Positions 19,101 through 28,523 of a stretch of 64,000 bases of DNA are shown piece after piece. Every line of letters starts with the position of its first letter. Positions within the stretch are counted from its first letter, which is position 1. The stretch is from assembly GCA_963817955.1 (NCBI GenBank), contig CAWFQK010000002.1, positions 544,001 through 608,000 of the forward strand, given 5' to 3'. The notes below the pieces were generated by a model, which did no database searches, had not been told where the DNA came from, and saw nothing but the letters and a program-made list of their open reading frames with translations. The translations under genes and the position numbers were made by a program. The stretch is from an uncultured Gemmatimonadaceae bacterium (GTDB lineage Bacteria; Gemmatimonadota; Gemmatimonadetes; Gemmatimonadales; Gemmatimonadaceae).

Positions 19101-19938
19101 TGCCGAGGTGCGGCACCGGGTTGTAGCGATTTGCCTCGTCCACGAAGAAGACACCGGGCTCGCCGGTGCGCCACGCACCGAGGATCATTTTGTCCCACAC
19201 CATGCGCGCGTCGCGCTGGCCCACCTGGTTGCCGGTGGCAGGATCGATGATGTCGTAGCTCGTGCCCGCCTTGACCGCTTCCATGAACTTCCGCGTCACC
19301 GCGACGCTGATGTTGAAGTTCGTCACCTGCGAGAGATCTTCCTTGCAGGTGATGAAGTCCATGATGTCGGGATGGTCGACGCGCAGAATACCCATGTTCG
19401 CGCCGCGCCGTGCACCGCCCTGCTTCACCGCGTCGGTGGACGCGTCGTAGAGCTTCATGAACGAGATCGGTCCCGACGCAACGCCCGTCGTCGAGCGAAC
19501 CATCGACCCCTTGCCGCGCAGGCGCGAGAAGGAAAAGCCGGTGCCGCCGCCACTCTGATGGATGAGCGCCATGGCGCTGAGCGTGTCGTAGATGCCGTTC
19601 TTGCCATTGGCGAGCGAGTCTTCCACGGGCAAGACGAAGCAGGCAGAGAGCTGTCCCAGGGGACGCCCGGCATTCATGAGCGTGGGCGAGTTCGGCTCGA
19701 ACCGGCGCTGCGTCATCAAGAAGTAGAACTCTTCCGCCACCGCCTTCACTGCATCGTCATCCGCCCCGTATCGTCGATCCGCGTCGGCAACGACAGTCGC
19801 GACGCGCCAAAAGAGATCTTCGGGTTGCTCAACCGGCTTGCCCTTGTCGTTCTTGACCAAGTAGCGCTTTTCGAGAACAGTGCGCGCGTTGGACGAGAGC
19901 GAAACGGGACCCGGAGGCGGGTTGACGGGAAGGGCCAT
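16149..19938 (-). CDS. nrdJ: Adenosylcobalamin-dependent (class II) ribonucleotide reductase with intein; about six apparent indels at 16.98-17.68 kb
   Basis: [65 protein letters not shown]-terminal TSCPD-like and Zn-ribbon region; AGGAG RBS; motifs spread over several frames. Confidence 0.93.
17851..19080 (-). mobile_element. 410-aa intein with LAGLIDADG homing endonuclease
   Basis: [13 protein letters not shown]...[10 protein letters not shown]...LLGWAVADG...[10 protein letters not shown]...[17 protein letters not shown]; splits the NPCGEQ motif. Confidence 0.93.
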
Positions 19939-20425
19939 GTAGACGGAACTCCTAGCGGTGAAACGTTGCAGCTGAGATACGATCGGTGGGAGCGGCGGTA
20001 CGACTTGCTGGAGTGGTGCGGCGGCGGGCGGCAGGGGGAGTCTCGCCAGAAACGACCGCGGGGCCGCATTGTACCGACGTTCGTGTTTCCACGCCAGTAG
20101 TAAGATAACCACTGGCAGAAGCACGACTTACGAAAACAAGATCACGAAGATGAATGCGGGTGTCCACTTGCGTTGATAAAGCGGCGATGATGTGTAGAAA
20201 CGGTACGATGTAACCAATACGAACGACAACACGTGCGACGCGCCGGCTCGTAAGCTCAGTTCAAGCAATACGTTGTAATGGTAGCGCCCGGATAACCCGT
20301 CAGAGCTTTTCGTCGATCAGGTTGGGGTCGCTTGAAGCGGCCTCGGGGGTGGCATCGCCGCCGTCTTGCTTTGAAACACATTGGAGCATTTTAGGGGCCG
20401 AGACGAGCCAAGAGCCACGACTCGC

Positions 20426-20920
20426 TCATCCTTCCCAACGCTTCTTCAGCTCCAGATATGAATCCACCGTGTGCCGAATGCGGTCGCGTTCCTCAGGGGT
20501 CGTCTCTCGCTTCACCTTGCCCGGCACACCGAGCACAAGCGAATTGGGCGGGATCTGCATTCCCTCGGTGCAGACAGCGCCGGCGCCAATGATGGAGCCG
20601 GTGCCGACGTACACGCCATTCAACAGAATGGCGCCCATGCCGATCAAGCACCTGTCCTCGACCGTCGCGCCGTGCACGATGGCGCGATGACCAATGCCGA
20701 CCCGCTTGCCAATGATGCACGGCCGGTCGTCGTCAACGTGCACCACACACCCGTCCTGCACGTTGCTCTCGTCGCCGATCACGACCTTGTCGCTGTCGCC
20801 GCGGACCACGGCTGTGGGCCAGACAGACACATGCGCACCGAGCGTGACGTCCCCGACGACGACGGCAGCGGGATGAACGAATGCAGTGGGATGGATCGTT
20901 GGCAACGGAGATCCGAGCAA
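20426..20920 (-). CDS. Gamma carbonic anhydrase family (hexapeptide repeat) protein
   Basis: VRGD, SNVQDGCVVH, IGHRAIVHG, LIGMGA. Confidence 0.92.
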   Translation of the reverse strand: MLGSPLPTIHPTAFVHPAAVVVGDVTLGAHVSVWPTAVVRGDSDKVVIGDESNVQDGCVVHVDDDRPCIIGKRVGIGHRAIVHGATVEDRCLIGMGAILLNGVYVGTGSIIGAGAVCTEGMQIPPNSLVLGVPGKVKRETTPEERDRIRHTVDSYLELKKRWEG

Positions 20921-21109
20921 TGAGCGGTCGAGCGTGACGACGGGAGAGTGAATGTAGTGCGCTCGTTCGCTCGCGCTATTCCTTGACAGCGCGACTAGGA
21001 ATCCACCAGAGAAATGACGGTTGACATCGAGGATGGTCGCGGGGTGATACTATTCCGCCCCTACTTGCTCGTCCGCCACGCAAGCGGTCCCCGTCCCCAA
21101 TCCGCCCGC

Positions 21110-22378
21110 CTATTTGGCTCTATATGTGATCTTCCATATCGTCCCGCCCTTGTCATCACTCAGGTACAGCGCCCCATCCGGCCCCTGCGCGAGCCCCACG
21201 GGCCGATGGTTCGCACCCTCCGGGCTTGCCATGCCGCCGGCAAATCCCGACGCGAACACGGTGTACTCGGCAGCCAGTCCGTCCTTGAATTGCACGAACA
21301 CCACCTGGTACCCCTCCTCCGGCAGCGGTGCGCGGTACGCCGATCCGTGGAACGCGACGAAGGCGCCGCCGCGGTAGGTCGCCGGAAACATGGTCCCCGA
21401 GTAGAACACCATCGACATCGGCGCCCAGTGCGCGGGGAACGCGATGAGCGGTTGGATGAGACGGTCGCAACGGCCAACGGTCTCTTTGTCGCCGCCGTAC
21501 TCCGGCGCCATCACACGCTGCTGTTTATAATAATCATAATAGCAGTACGGCCATCCAAAGTCGGCATGCGACGCAGCGACGCGTACCATCTCTTCGGCGG
21601 CGGCAGTGGCACTCTCCTGCTCCGAGTACAGCGCCGGCCAGAGGTCGTGCAAGCCATCGCGCCCGTGGGAGACGGCATACACCGCGGAGTCGAACGGGCT
21701 CACGGTGAGCGCAACGGCGTTATGGAGTCCGGTCGCGATGCGCTTGCCGTCCCTGAGCTGCTGACCGTTCTTGTCGGGCGTGAATGACCAGATGCCGCCG
21801 CCGGTCTCGAGCTCTGGACACGGATCACGCCCGGGCACTTGCGGCATCTCCCGGGGCTGACAGGCGTTCGATACCGCGCCAATGTTGACGATGAGGTTGC
21901 CGCGCGCGTCGATCGCGATGGTGTGCGACGGAATCTTTCGCTCCGCCAGGCCGGTCACGACGGTATCGACGCGCTTCTTGGGCTCGAGCGAATCAGTGAG
22001 CCGGTAGCGCAGAATGGCGGTGCTGGTCGTGGCGTACAGCGTGGAGTCACCTGCCAGCGCCACGCCATGCACCGCGCTGTCGCCAAAGCGCGCCTCCTGG
22101 TCCGCGTGACCGTCCTTGTTCGCATCGCGGAGCATCAGCACGCCGCCTGGCTGGCGCCGTTGGTCCAGAATACCGACGATGACGTCGCCATTCTTTCGCA
22201 CCACGAGCTCGCGCGCCGGGCCGACCGACTCGGCGAACACGGTGGCGCAAAACCCGGCTGGAAGCTGGATCGTCTCGTCGCAACCGCCGGAGGCGGAGAC
22301 AGTCGATGATTTCTTGCCGCAAGCCGCGATCAGGTTGATCGCGGCGAAGACGAGGACGAGGGATGGGACACGGGACAC
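21110..22378 (-). CDS. Glucose/sorbosone dehydrogenase family lipoprotein
   Basis: Lipobox IAAC; ATGLHNAV, FGWPYCY, FPAHWAP, AFHGS, RPVGLAQGPDGALYLSDD; candidate GTG starts lie inside a heptamer array. Confidence 0.85.
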   Translation of the reverse strand: MSRVPSLVLVFAAINLIAACGKKSSTVSASGGCDETIQLPAGFCATVFAESVGPARELVVRKNGDVIVGILDQRRQPGGVLMLRDANKDGHADQEARFGDSAVHGVALAGDSTLYATTSTAILRYRLTDSLEPKKRVDTVVTGLAERKIPSHTIAIDARGNLIVNIGAVSNACQPREMPQVPGRDPCPELETGGGIWSFTPDKNGQQLRDGKRIATGLHNAVALTVSPFDSAVYAVSHGRDGLHDLWPALYSEQESATAAAEEMVRVAASHADFGWPYCYYDYYKQQRVMAPEYGGDKETVGRCDRLIQPLIAFPAHWAPMSMVFYSGTMFPATYRGGAFVAFHGSAYRAPLPEEGYQVVFVQFKDGLAAEYTVFASGFAGGMASPEGANHRPVGLAQGPDGALYLSDDKGGTIWKITYRAK

Positions 22379-22429
22379 GGGACACGAGACACGAGACACG
22401 AGACACGAGACACGAGACACGAGACACGG
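22367..22429. repeat. Heptamer tandem array (GACACGR)x9
   Basis: Counted directly: 2 GACACGG, 6 GACACGA, 1 GACACGG, then one degenerate unit. Confidence 0.95.
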
Positions 22430-22448
22430 GACAACGGGACGGCGTTTC

Positions 22449-25436
22449 CTAAAATGCTATTCCCGACACTACGTAAACCTGTAGCCCTGGCCGCCCGAAC
22501 GCCGCCCCATTCTGCATCGGATGCGCCACACCGAATCGGAACCGGTACGGGCTGTCCCATGACAGCACGCCGAGGGTGAGATTGAGCTCGGCGCCTACCG
22601 AGCCAATGGTGACGCGCTGCGTTTGGTTGGCGCTCGTGCAGACTTCGCGGCCCGCGTTCGCCGCGGGACACCACGCGGTGCCTGCGTCGCCGAAGATCGT
22701 GAGCGAGCTGCGGTCGAAGAAGAACGGCAGAGGACCGGGCGCGCCGCCGATCATGAACAATGGCACGCGATACTCCGCCGAGCCAGTGAAGGCGCGGGTT
22801 CCGAACAGCGTGCCGGCATTGAAGCCACGAACGGGGAAGGTCTTCTGACCTTCGCCCAGTGTGTAGCCGGGAATGACCTGGAACAGGCTACCGCTGACGC
22901 CGCCCACCGAGTAATAGCCCGCGGCTCGATCGTCGGCGATGCCGGCGGCCCCACGGAGCGCGAGCACGTGATGCGCAAAGCCCGGCAGGTCGAGCGATTT
23001 GTACAGGCTCGCCGCCACGACGGTGCTCACGCTATGCTGGCCTGTGGCGGCCGCGCCGCTGCGCAGGCGGTCGCGCACCGTGACGGCGAGTTGCACGCCG
23101 TCTTCCGGAGAAATGCTGAACGGCGGCCGCTGACTATTCCCGAAGCCCGCCGCGGCAATGAGACTGGGAAACGTCGGCGTGCCGAACGCGCCGGTGGTAT
23201 CGATCTCCGCCAGGAGCGCATTGTCCGGGGTCGTTACGTGCGTGCGGCGCTCGATGCCCACTCCACCAGTGAGCGTGAGCGAGGTACGGTACCGCTGGCG
23301 CAGCCAGGTGGCTGTGGCATCGCCAGTCCACGTACGGCGGAACAGCTCACCAATGATCGGTATACCTGGCGTGCGCGCGAAGATGCCACCCAGGCTCTGC
23401 CAATCCTGCGTGGCGTCGAGCTGGATGATCGGCAGCCCGAAACCGCTGTACTGGTAGGTGACGTTGCCTGTGACGCCGGTGTTGTTGGTGGGGATCTCCA
23501 GCGTCGCGTTGAACGCGTGGCGGCCCACGACGTCCACACCGCCGGTCAGCCCACCAATGCGATAGCCGCCGTCGATGCCCTGATCGATGGTCGGCAGCCA
23601 GTAGCGCGGCCAAAAGGTGCGCCAGGGACTGAAGCGCGTCGCGGGGGTGGTGACGGTGATCAACGAGTCGGCCACCGGCAGCGTGTCGTGCGGCGGAGCG
23701 ACACGCGTCCACTGCTGCGCGCGCGGATCGCAGCAGGGCGCCACGCCAAGGTGATAGCCGTCGGCGCGGAAAAGCACCGAGGCAAGGTGGTCGCCCTTCG
23801 GCGATTCCTGGGGCTCGAACATCCCGGTGGGCACTCGGCTCACCGCGTCGGTCACACCTGGCTCGCCGTTGGCGTTCAGCTGAACGAAGTAGACCTCGGC
23901 CGACCCGGTCCAGTCGGAGCTGTAGAAGATGCCGGCGTCGCCCGGCGCCCACGTGGGCGTGGATTGGATGGAGTGGCCGCTGGCGATGAGTGTTTGTTCA
24001 TGGCCCAGCGTGTCGAGGACGACGATCTGCGACAGGTTGCCGCGCAGCCATCGCACGGCGGCAATGCGGTCGCCGCGTTGCGACCAGCGCGGCTCGGTCC
24101 ACTGCTCGTCGTAGGACCCTCCGGTGACCGGCGTGATGCGCTTGCCGTCGCGCGACACACGCACGAGTCGCGTGGCGCCGGGAATGACTTGCGACGCGAC
24201 AATCTCGCCGTCGGCGCGCGCGTCGGGGCTGGTGAGGCGCTGATCATACGTGAGGCGCCGCTCGCGCCCGTTGTGCTGGGTCCAGAGGTCGGATCGCACC
24301 TGATACGGCGTGACGTACTCGAGCTGCGAATACAGAAACGTGTTGTTGCCCAGCGACACATTTGCCGAACTACTATTGCGCCGTCCCACGCGGTGACGTA
24401 CGCCACTCAGATTCACGCGGAAGGCACCAAAGCTCTCGCGTCCATTCGATCCGCTGTAGACGATCGCCGTGTCGCCCAGCCAGCGCGGCGCATAGACGAA
24501 CACACCGTCGCGGGTGAGCGGGCGCCACCCAGATGCGGCGTTCGACGGCTCGAGCGACGCGATGCTGCGTGCCATCGAATCGGTCCATCGCTTCCACGCG
24601 GTGGAGAACGAGATGCCGAACGCCTGGCGCGATGGGAGGTTGATGAGATACGGAATGGCGTTCGCCGATGACTTCTCGACAAACTCCCGCACGTGCACCT
24701 CGCCCTGGGTCTTCGCCAGGTAATCGACGAACAACGAGCCATATGCGTACGCCGCCTCGCCAAACGGATATCGTCCCGTGGCAAGACTGACGGCGCCGAG
24801 CGAGGGAAAGGTATGGTCGATGGCGGCGGCACGGGCGATCATGCGATGCTCGGAGCCTTCGATACGACCAGCACCGGTGAGCTTCGATTCCTCGTAGACG
24901 GCGAGGCCCTCAGTGAGCCACGCTGGGTCGTACGAGTTGGGAAAGAGCGCGGCGGCGCGGCCGAAGATGTCCTGGCCGAGCGCCCAAATGCCCCGCGTGC
25001 GGTCAAGATGAAAGATGTGCGTGAGCTCGTGCGTGACGACGAGCTGTCCCCAATCATTCGTGTAGCGCAACGCCGACTCGCTCACTGGCGGATTGGCGTA
25101 GATGACGATGCGATTGGTGGGATACGGAGTCGCGTATCCGTTCGAGAAATCGACATCGTCGGAGAGAACGATGTCGATCATGCCGCGCGGCGGATGCAGC
25201 TCGCGCGACAGCTCCGTGTACGCCCGTTCGGCGTCACCGGCAATGCGCCGGGCGAGTCCTTCAGTGGGCGGCGTGAAGTGGACGTAGAAGTGCTCCGTCC
25301 TGATCGTACGCCAGTCGGCGTTGGGGGCGACCTGCGCGGTGAGCGGCGAGGAGTGAGCGACGAGGGCAAACAGCAAGGCTGTCGCGAGCCTTTTCAGATT
25401 ACGCGGCCCGGACCGCAGATGCCTCGCTACCCTCAT
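22449..25436 (-). CDS. Outer-membrane protein: zinc-peptidase-like domain + TolB/PD40 propeller + Omp85-like barrel
   Basis: Signal peptide; HELTH...WLTEGLAVYEE; PRWS/PTWAP/PQESP repeats; FPVRGF and terminal Phe; ATGA overlap with amidase. Confidence 0.8.
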   Translation of the reverse strand: MRVARHLRSGPRNLKRLATALLFALVAHSSPLTAQVAPNADWRTIRTEHFYVHFTPPTEGLARRIAGDAERAYTELSRELHPPRGMIDIVLSDDVDFSNGYATPYPTNRIVIYANPPVSESALRYTNDWGQLVVTHELTHIFHLDRTRGIWALGQDIFGRAAALFPNSYDPAWLTEGLAVYEESKLTGAGRIEGSEHRMIARAAAIDHTFPSLGAVSLATGRYPFGEAAYAYGSLFVDYLAKTQGEVHVREFVEKSSANAIPYLINLPSRQAFGISFSTAWKRWTDSMARSIASLEPSNAASGWRPLTRDGVFVYAPRWLGDTAIVYSGSNGRESFGAFRVNLSGVRHRVGRRNSSSANVSLGNNTFLYSQLEYVTPYQVRSDLWTQHNGRERRLTYDQRLTSPDARADGEIVASQVIPGATRLVRVSRDGKRITPVTGGSYDEQWTEPRWSQRGDRIAAVRWLRGNLSQIVVLDTLGHEQTLIASGHSIQSTPTWAPGDAGIFYSSDWTGSAEVYFVQLNANGEPGVTDAVSRVPTGMFEPQESPKGDHLASVLFRADGYHLGVAPCCDPRAQQWTRVAPPHDTLPVADSLITVTTPATRFSPWRTFWPRYWLPTIDQGIDGGYRIGGLTGGVDVVGRHAFNATLEIPTNNTGVTGNVTYQYSGFGLPIIQLDATQDWQSLGGIFARTPGIPIIGELFRRTWTGDATATWLRQRYRTSLTLTGGVGIERRTHVTTPDNALLAEIDTTGAFGTPTFPSLIAAAGFGNSQRPPFSISPEDGVQLAVTVRDRLRSGAAATGQHSVSTVVAASLYKSLDLPGFAHHVLALRGAAGIADDRAAGYYSVGGVSGSLFQVIPGYTLGEGQKTFPVRGFNAGTLFGTRAFTGSAEYRVPLFMIGGAPGPLPFFFDRSSLTIFGDAGTAWCPAANAGREVCTSANQTQRVTIGSVGAELNLTLGVLSWDSPYRFRFGVAHPMQNGAAFGRPGLQVYVVSGIAF

Positions 25437-27295
25437 TGTTGCGCGAACATCCGGAAGTACGCCTCGATGCCGTCGGCGAGAGCAATGGCGTAGCGCTCCT
25501 GGAATTCCGGCGTCCGGGCGGCGTTCTCCTGCTCGGGCACCATGAGGAACAGCCCCTCGGTGATCACCGACGGCATCCACATGGTACGACCGATGGCGAT
25601 GTTCTGGTAATGAATGCCGAGATCGCGTAAACCCATTTCGCGCATCATGGCTGCCTGGACAAGCCGGGCGAGCGGCTCCGACTGCGGGTGAAAGAAGAGG
25701 GTACTCGTGCCGACATTCGGAAACGGATTGGTCCCTTCGCCGAACGCATTCTCATGAACCGATATCAAGAGATTGGAGTTCGCTCGTCGCGCGATGACGG
25801 TGCGCAGATGAAGGTCCACGGCTCGCATGTCGGTACGCGTCATGACGACGTGCGCGCCGCGTTGCTCCAGGATGTCGCGCAGCTTGAGCCCCACGGCCAG
25901 TACGCCCTGCGCCTCCGTATACCCGCTGGGACCGATTGCGCCTCCGGGCGGATGGCCGGGGTCCACGGTGATCGTGAGCCCCTGGAGGGGATGGCCGAGC
26001 GACACGTGTGGCGGACGCCGCAGGCGGAGAATCAGACCGCGCGCTGGATCGAATAGCACGAGATACCCGTAGGGCGCCTGCGACAGCTCGAGGTGGAACT
26101 GCACGCGATCGGACTGTTCGGGCACCCAGTTGATGATGCGGACCAACGAGTCGTCGCCGAGGAACTTGATGACGTCGGGCGACGCACTGGTGCCGTACAA
26201 CGTCAGCGTGATGCGACCCGTCTCTTCCTCGATCAGATACGGCGGTGGCGACGACACCGGCATCACGACGTCCACCCAGCCCGCCGACGGCTCGAGCGTC
26301 ATGGCGCCGACCGTGCGGCGCGGTGACGGATAGCCTGCCGGCAGCGATCGGATGCTCGCCGAATCCACCCACACCTCGAGACGCGAATCAAGACGGACGC
26401 GGACATTGTCGCCATTGCGCCCGGTTTCCTCGACGATGGTGCCGGGCACGAACATCCATTTGTACGTGCCCGACGGGATGGTGCGTCCGATGACGTACGC
26501 GTCCGTGTCGCGTTGCGCGAGGGGGTCGCCGAGGGAGACGAACGAAGGATGAGGGGGGAGAGGCGACGGACGAGAGAGCGCGAAACGAACAGTGTCTGAG
26601 CCGCGAGCGACGAGCAGCGAGCTACCCTTGTACATCGCTTGGGCAGGGACGTCTGTCGCAAACAGGTTTCCGCTGGTGTTCACCAGCGGAAAGTGCATGC
26701 CGTTCGCGAGCACCCAGACACTCGCGTTCGCTGGAGCGCGAATGCTCACCCGGACCGGCTCGTCGTCGCGAAGCATCAATGTGGCGTTGCGCGGCGAGGC
26801 GCTGCCGCTATCGACCACCAGACGTCCGGTGAGTGCGAGATCCGGGCGTGGAGGTGGCACGCGTACCGGCACGACGAGCGTCGCGCTATCGGCACCGTCG
26901 CGCGCCACGAGCTCGTAACGCGGATCCGCGGGCGACGGCACCGGAAGAAACGCGAGGAACGTCCCGTTCGGCGCGACAGTGACCGGAACCCCGTTGATCT
27001 TCAGCGAGGCATGTCCGTTCCCGATCGAACCGAAAATGAAATTCGAGTCCCGAACGGTGATCGTCTGGTTCGCGCCGGGATAGACTACTTTGGGCGCGAG
27101 GGGTCCTTCGACGAGTGGCACGACCGGCAAGGGCGGCGCGGGGCGTGGCGTGATGCCGCGCTCGAACGTCGCCACTGTGGGTGGTGAAACCGGCGGCTTG
27201 ATAGACGGTGTCGGACCGGGCGAGGCCGGTCGAGGCGCAGGCCCGGTATGACAGGCCGCGACGAGTGCGATAAACGCAAGACGTTGGGTCCGCAT
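25433..27295 (-). CDS. N-acetylmuramoyl-L-alanine amidase (Amidase_3), lipoprotein
   Basis: Lipobox VAAC; TVDPGH, VVMTR, ISVHENA, PSVITE. Confidence 0.9.
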   Translation of the reverse strand: MRTQRLAFIALVAACHTGPAPRPASPGPTPSIKPPVSPPTVATFERGITPRPAPPLPVVPLVEGPLAPKVVYPGANQTITVRDSNFIFGSIGNGHASLKINGVPVTVAPNGTFLAFLPVPSPADPRYELVARDGADSATLVVPVRVPPPRPDLALTGRLVVDSGSASPRNATLMLRDDEPVRVSIRAPANASVWVLANGMHFPLVNTSGNLFATDVPAQAMYKGSSLLVARGSDTVRFALSRPSPLPPHPSFVSLGDPLAQRDTDAYVIGRTIPSGTYKWMFVPGTIVEETGRNGDNVRVRLDSRLEVWVDSASIRSLPAGYPSPRRTVGAMTLEPSAGWVDVVMPVSSPPPYLIEEETGRITLTLYGTSASPDVIKFLGDDSLVRIINWVPEQSDRVQFHLELSQAPYGYLVLFDPARGLILRLRRPPHVSLGHPLQGLTITVDPGHPPGGAIGPSGYTEAQGVLAVGLKLRDILEQRGAHVVMTRTDMRAVDLHLRTVIARRANSNLLISVHENAFGEGTNPFPNVGTSTLFFHPQSEPLARLVQAAMMREMGLRDLGIHYQNIAIGRTMWMPSVITEGLFLMVPEQENAARTPEFQERYAIALADGIEAYFRMFAQQ

Positions 27296-27355
27296 GCGGA
27301 AGGCAATGTAGGGCAAGCTGGAGCTAAACCGTTAGATGGACGATCGTGCAATTCA

Positions 27356-27385
27356 TTGACCACCCCCTCACCCGAAGCCTATATT
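27356..27385 (+). promoter_or_regulatory. Sigma70-like promoter of the FHA/kinase operon
   Basis: TTGACC-18 nt-TATATT, followed by GGAGG RBS and GTG 27423. Confidence 0.5.
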
Positions 27386-27422
27386 CGCGCCATATGGATG
27401 TAATCCCGCCGGAGGCATACGC

Positions 27423-28523
27423 GTGACGAATTGCGCCTTCTGCGGACGGGAAAACGAGACCGAGTCGCGCTTCTGTATCGACTGCGGCAAGCTGCTTCAC
27501 CCGTCCGCCGCACGCGTCGGCCCAGCGTATGTCCCACACCCCAGTGGGGGACAGCCGCAGCCAGTCAGCGCCCCCGTCGCTACACCGCGTCCCCTAAAGC
27601 CATTCAGCGGGGGCGTGCCAAGCACGCGTGTGACCGACGCACAGTCCACCTGCCCACGGTGCGGCAAGACGGTGAACTCCGGTTTGCCGTTCTGCGGCCA
27701 CTGCGGCACTCGTGTCGTGACGACCGCCGAGCCAGGCAGTTGCGCGCAATGCGGCGCGACATACACCAAGGGGCTCGATCTCTTCTGCGCGCGCTGTGGC
27801 TGTCGCGTGGGCGCGCGCGTATCGGTCAGCGTCGCCGCGACCGGCAGCACGCAGGCACTCGGCATCGGCCGTCTCGCCGCCGGCCCCAAGCTCGCGCTGC
27901 TCGGCGAGGGAGGCGCAGTCACCCAGACATACACGCTCGATCGGGGAGAAGCCGTGATCGGACGGGGCGACGCGGACATCCAGTTCGCCGACGACCACTT
28001 GATGTCGCCCCTGCACGCACGACTCGAGTTGCGCGAAGGGCAGCTCTGGCTGCGCGATCTGGGTTCGCGCAACGGCACCTGGTTGTTCATCGAGGAGCCG
28101 GCCAGACTCACCGATCTCGATCTGATCCTGGTCGGATCGCAACTGCTGCGCTTCCGCCGGCTCGGCTACCCGGGTCCGCATCCGCCGGAGGCCGATTCGA
28201 CGCGTCGCATGGGCTCGGTCGTGCCGACGGTAGACATCGCCGTGCTCGAGCAGTTGAGAGCGGATGGGAGCGTGCGCGACGTGTTCCATCTCTCACCGGG
28301 CCGCTCAATGACGATTGGGCGCGAATCCGGCGACTGGCTATTTCCGTATGACGGCACCATGAGTGGGCGGCACGCCGATGTACGCTCGGAAGACAACGAG
28401 TTCTTCGCGTACGACGCGACCAGCCGGAACGGCGTCGCCATGGGCGTACGCGGCGACCGGACGATAAAGCGTGGGCAGCGCATTCTGGTGGGCGATCAGA
28501 TTCTCAGGCTGGAGAGCGTGTGA
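27423..28523 (+). CDS. Zinc-ribbon + double FHA domain protein
   Basis: Six CxxC motifs; IGR...SPLHA...DLGSRNGT and IGR...SGRHA...SRNG. Confidence 0.9.
   Translation: MTNCAFCGRENETESRFCIDCGKLLHPSAARVGPAYVPHPSGGQPQPVSAPVATPRPLKPFSGGVPSTRVTDAQSTCPRCGKTVNSGLPFCGHCGTRVVTTAEPGSCAQCGATYTKGLDLFCARCGCRVGARVSVSVAATGSTQALGIGRLAAGPKLALLGEGGAVTQTYTLDRGEAVIGRGDADIQFADDHLMSPLHARLELREGQLWLRDLGSRNGTWLFIEEPARLTDLDLILVGSQLLRFRRLGYPGPHPPEADSTRRMGSVVPTVDIAVLEQLRADGSVRDVFHLSPGRSMTIGRESGDWLFPYDGTMSGRHADVRSEDNEFFAYDATSRNGVAMGVRGDRTIKRGQRILVGDQILRLESV

Noticed and set aside
19939..20425. Cobalamin riboswitch or NrdR boxes upstream of nrdJ
   Set aside because: No recognisable B12-box or convincing NrdR palindrome by eye; an Infernal or PWM scan would settle it.
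22367..22440. CRISPR array
   Set aside because: 7-bp tandem units without spacers; no cas genes.
22623..24671. Long opposite-strand ORFs (also 14756..15823, 29810..31282, 33670..35175, 46339..47958)
   Set aside because: High-GC antisense shadows of well-supported genes, with no motifs of their own.
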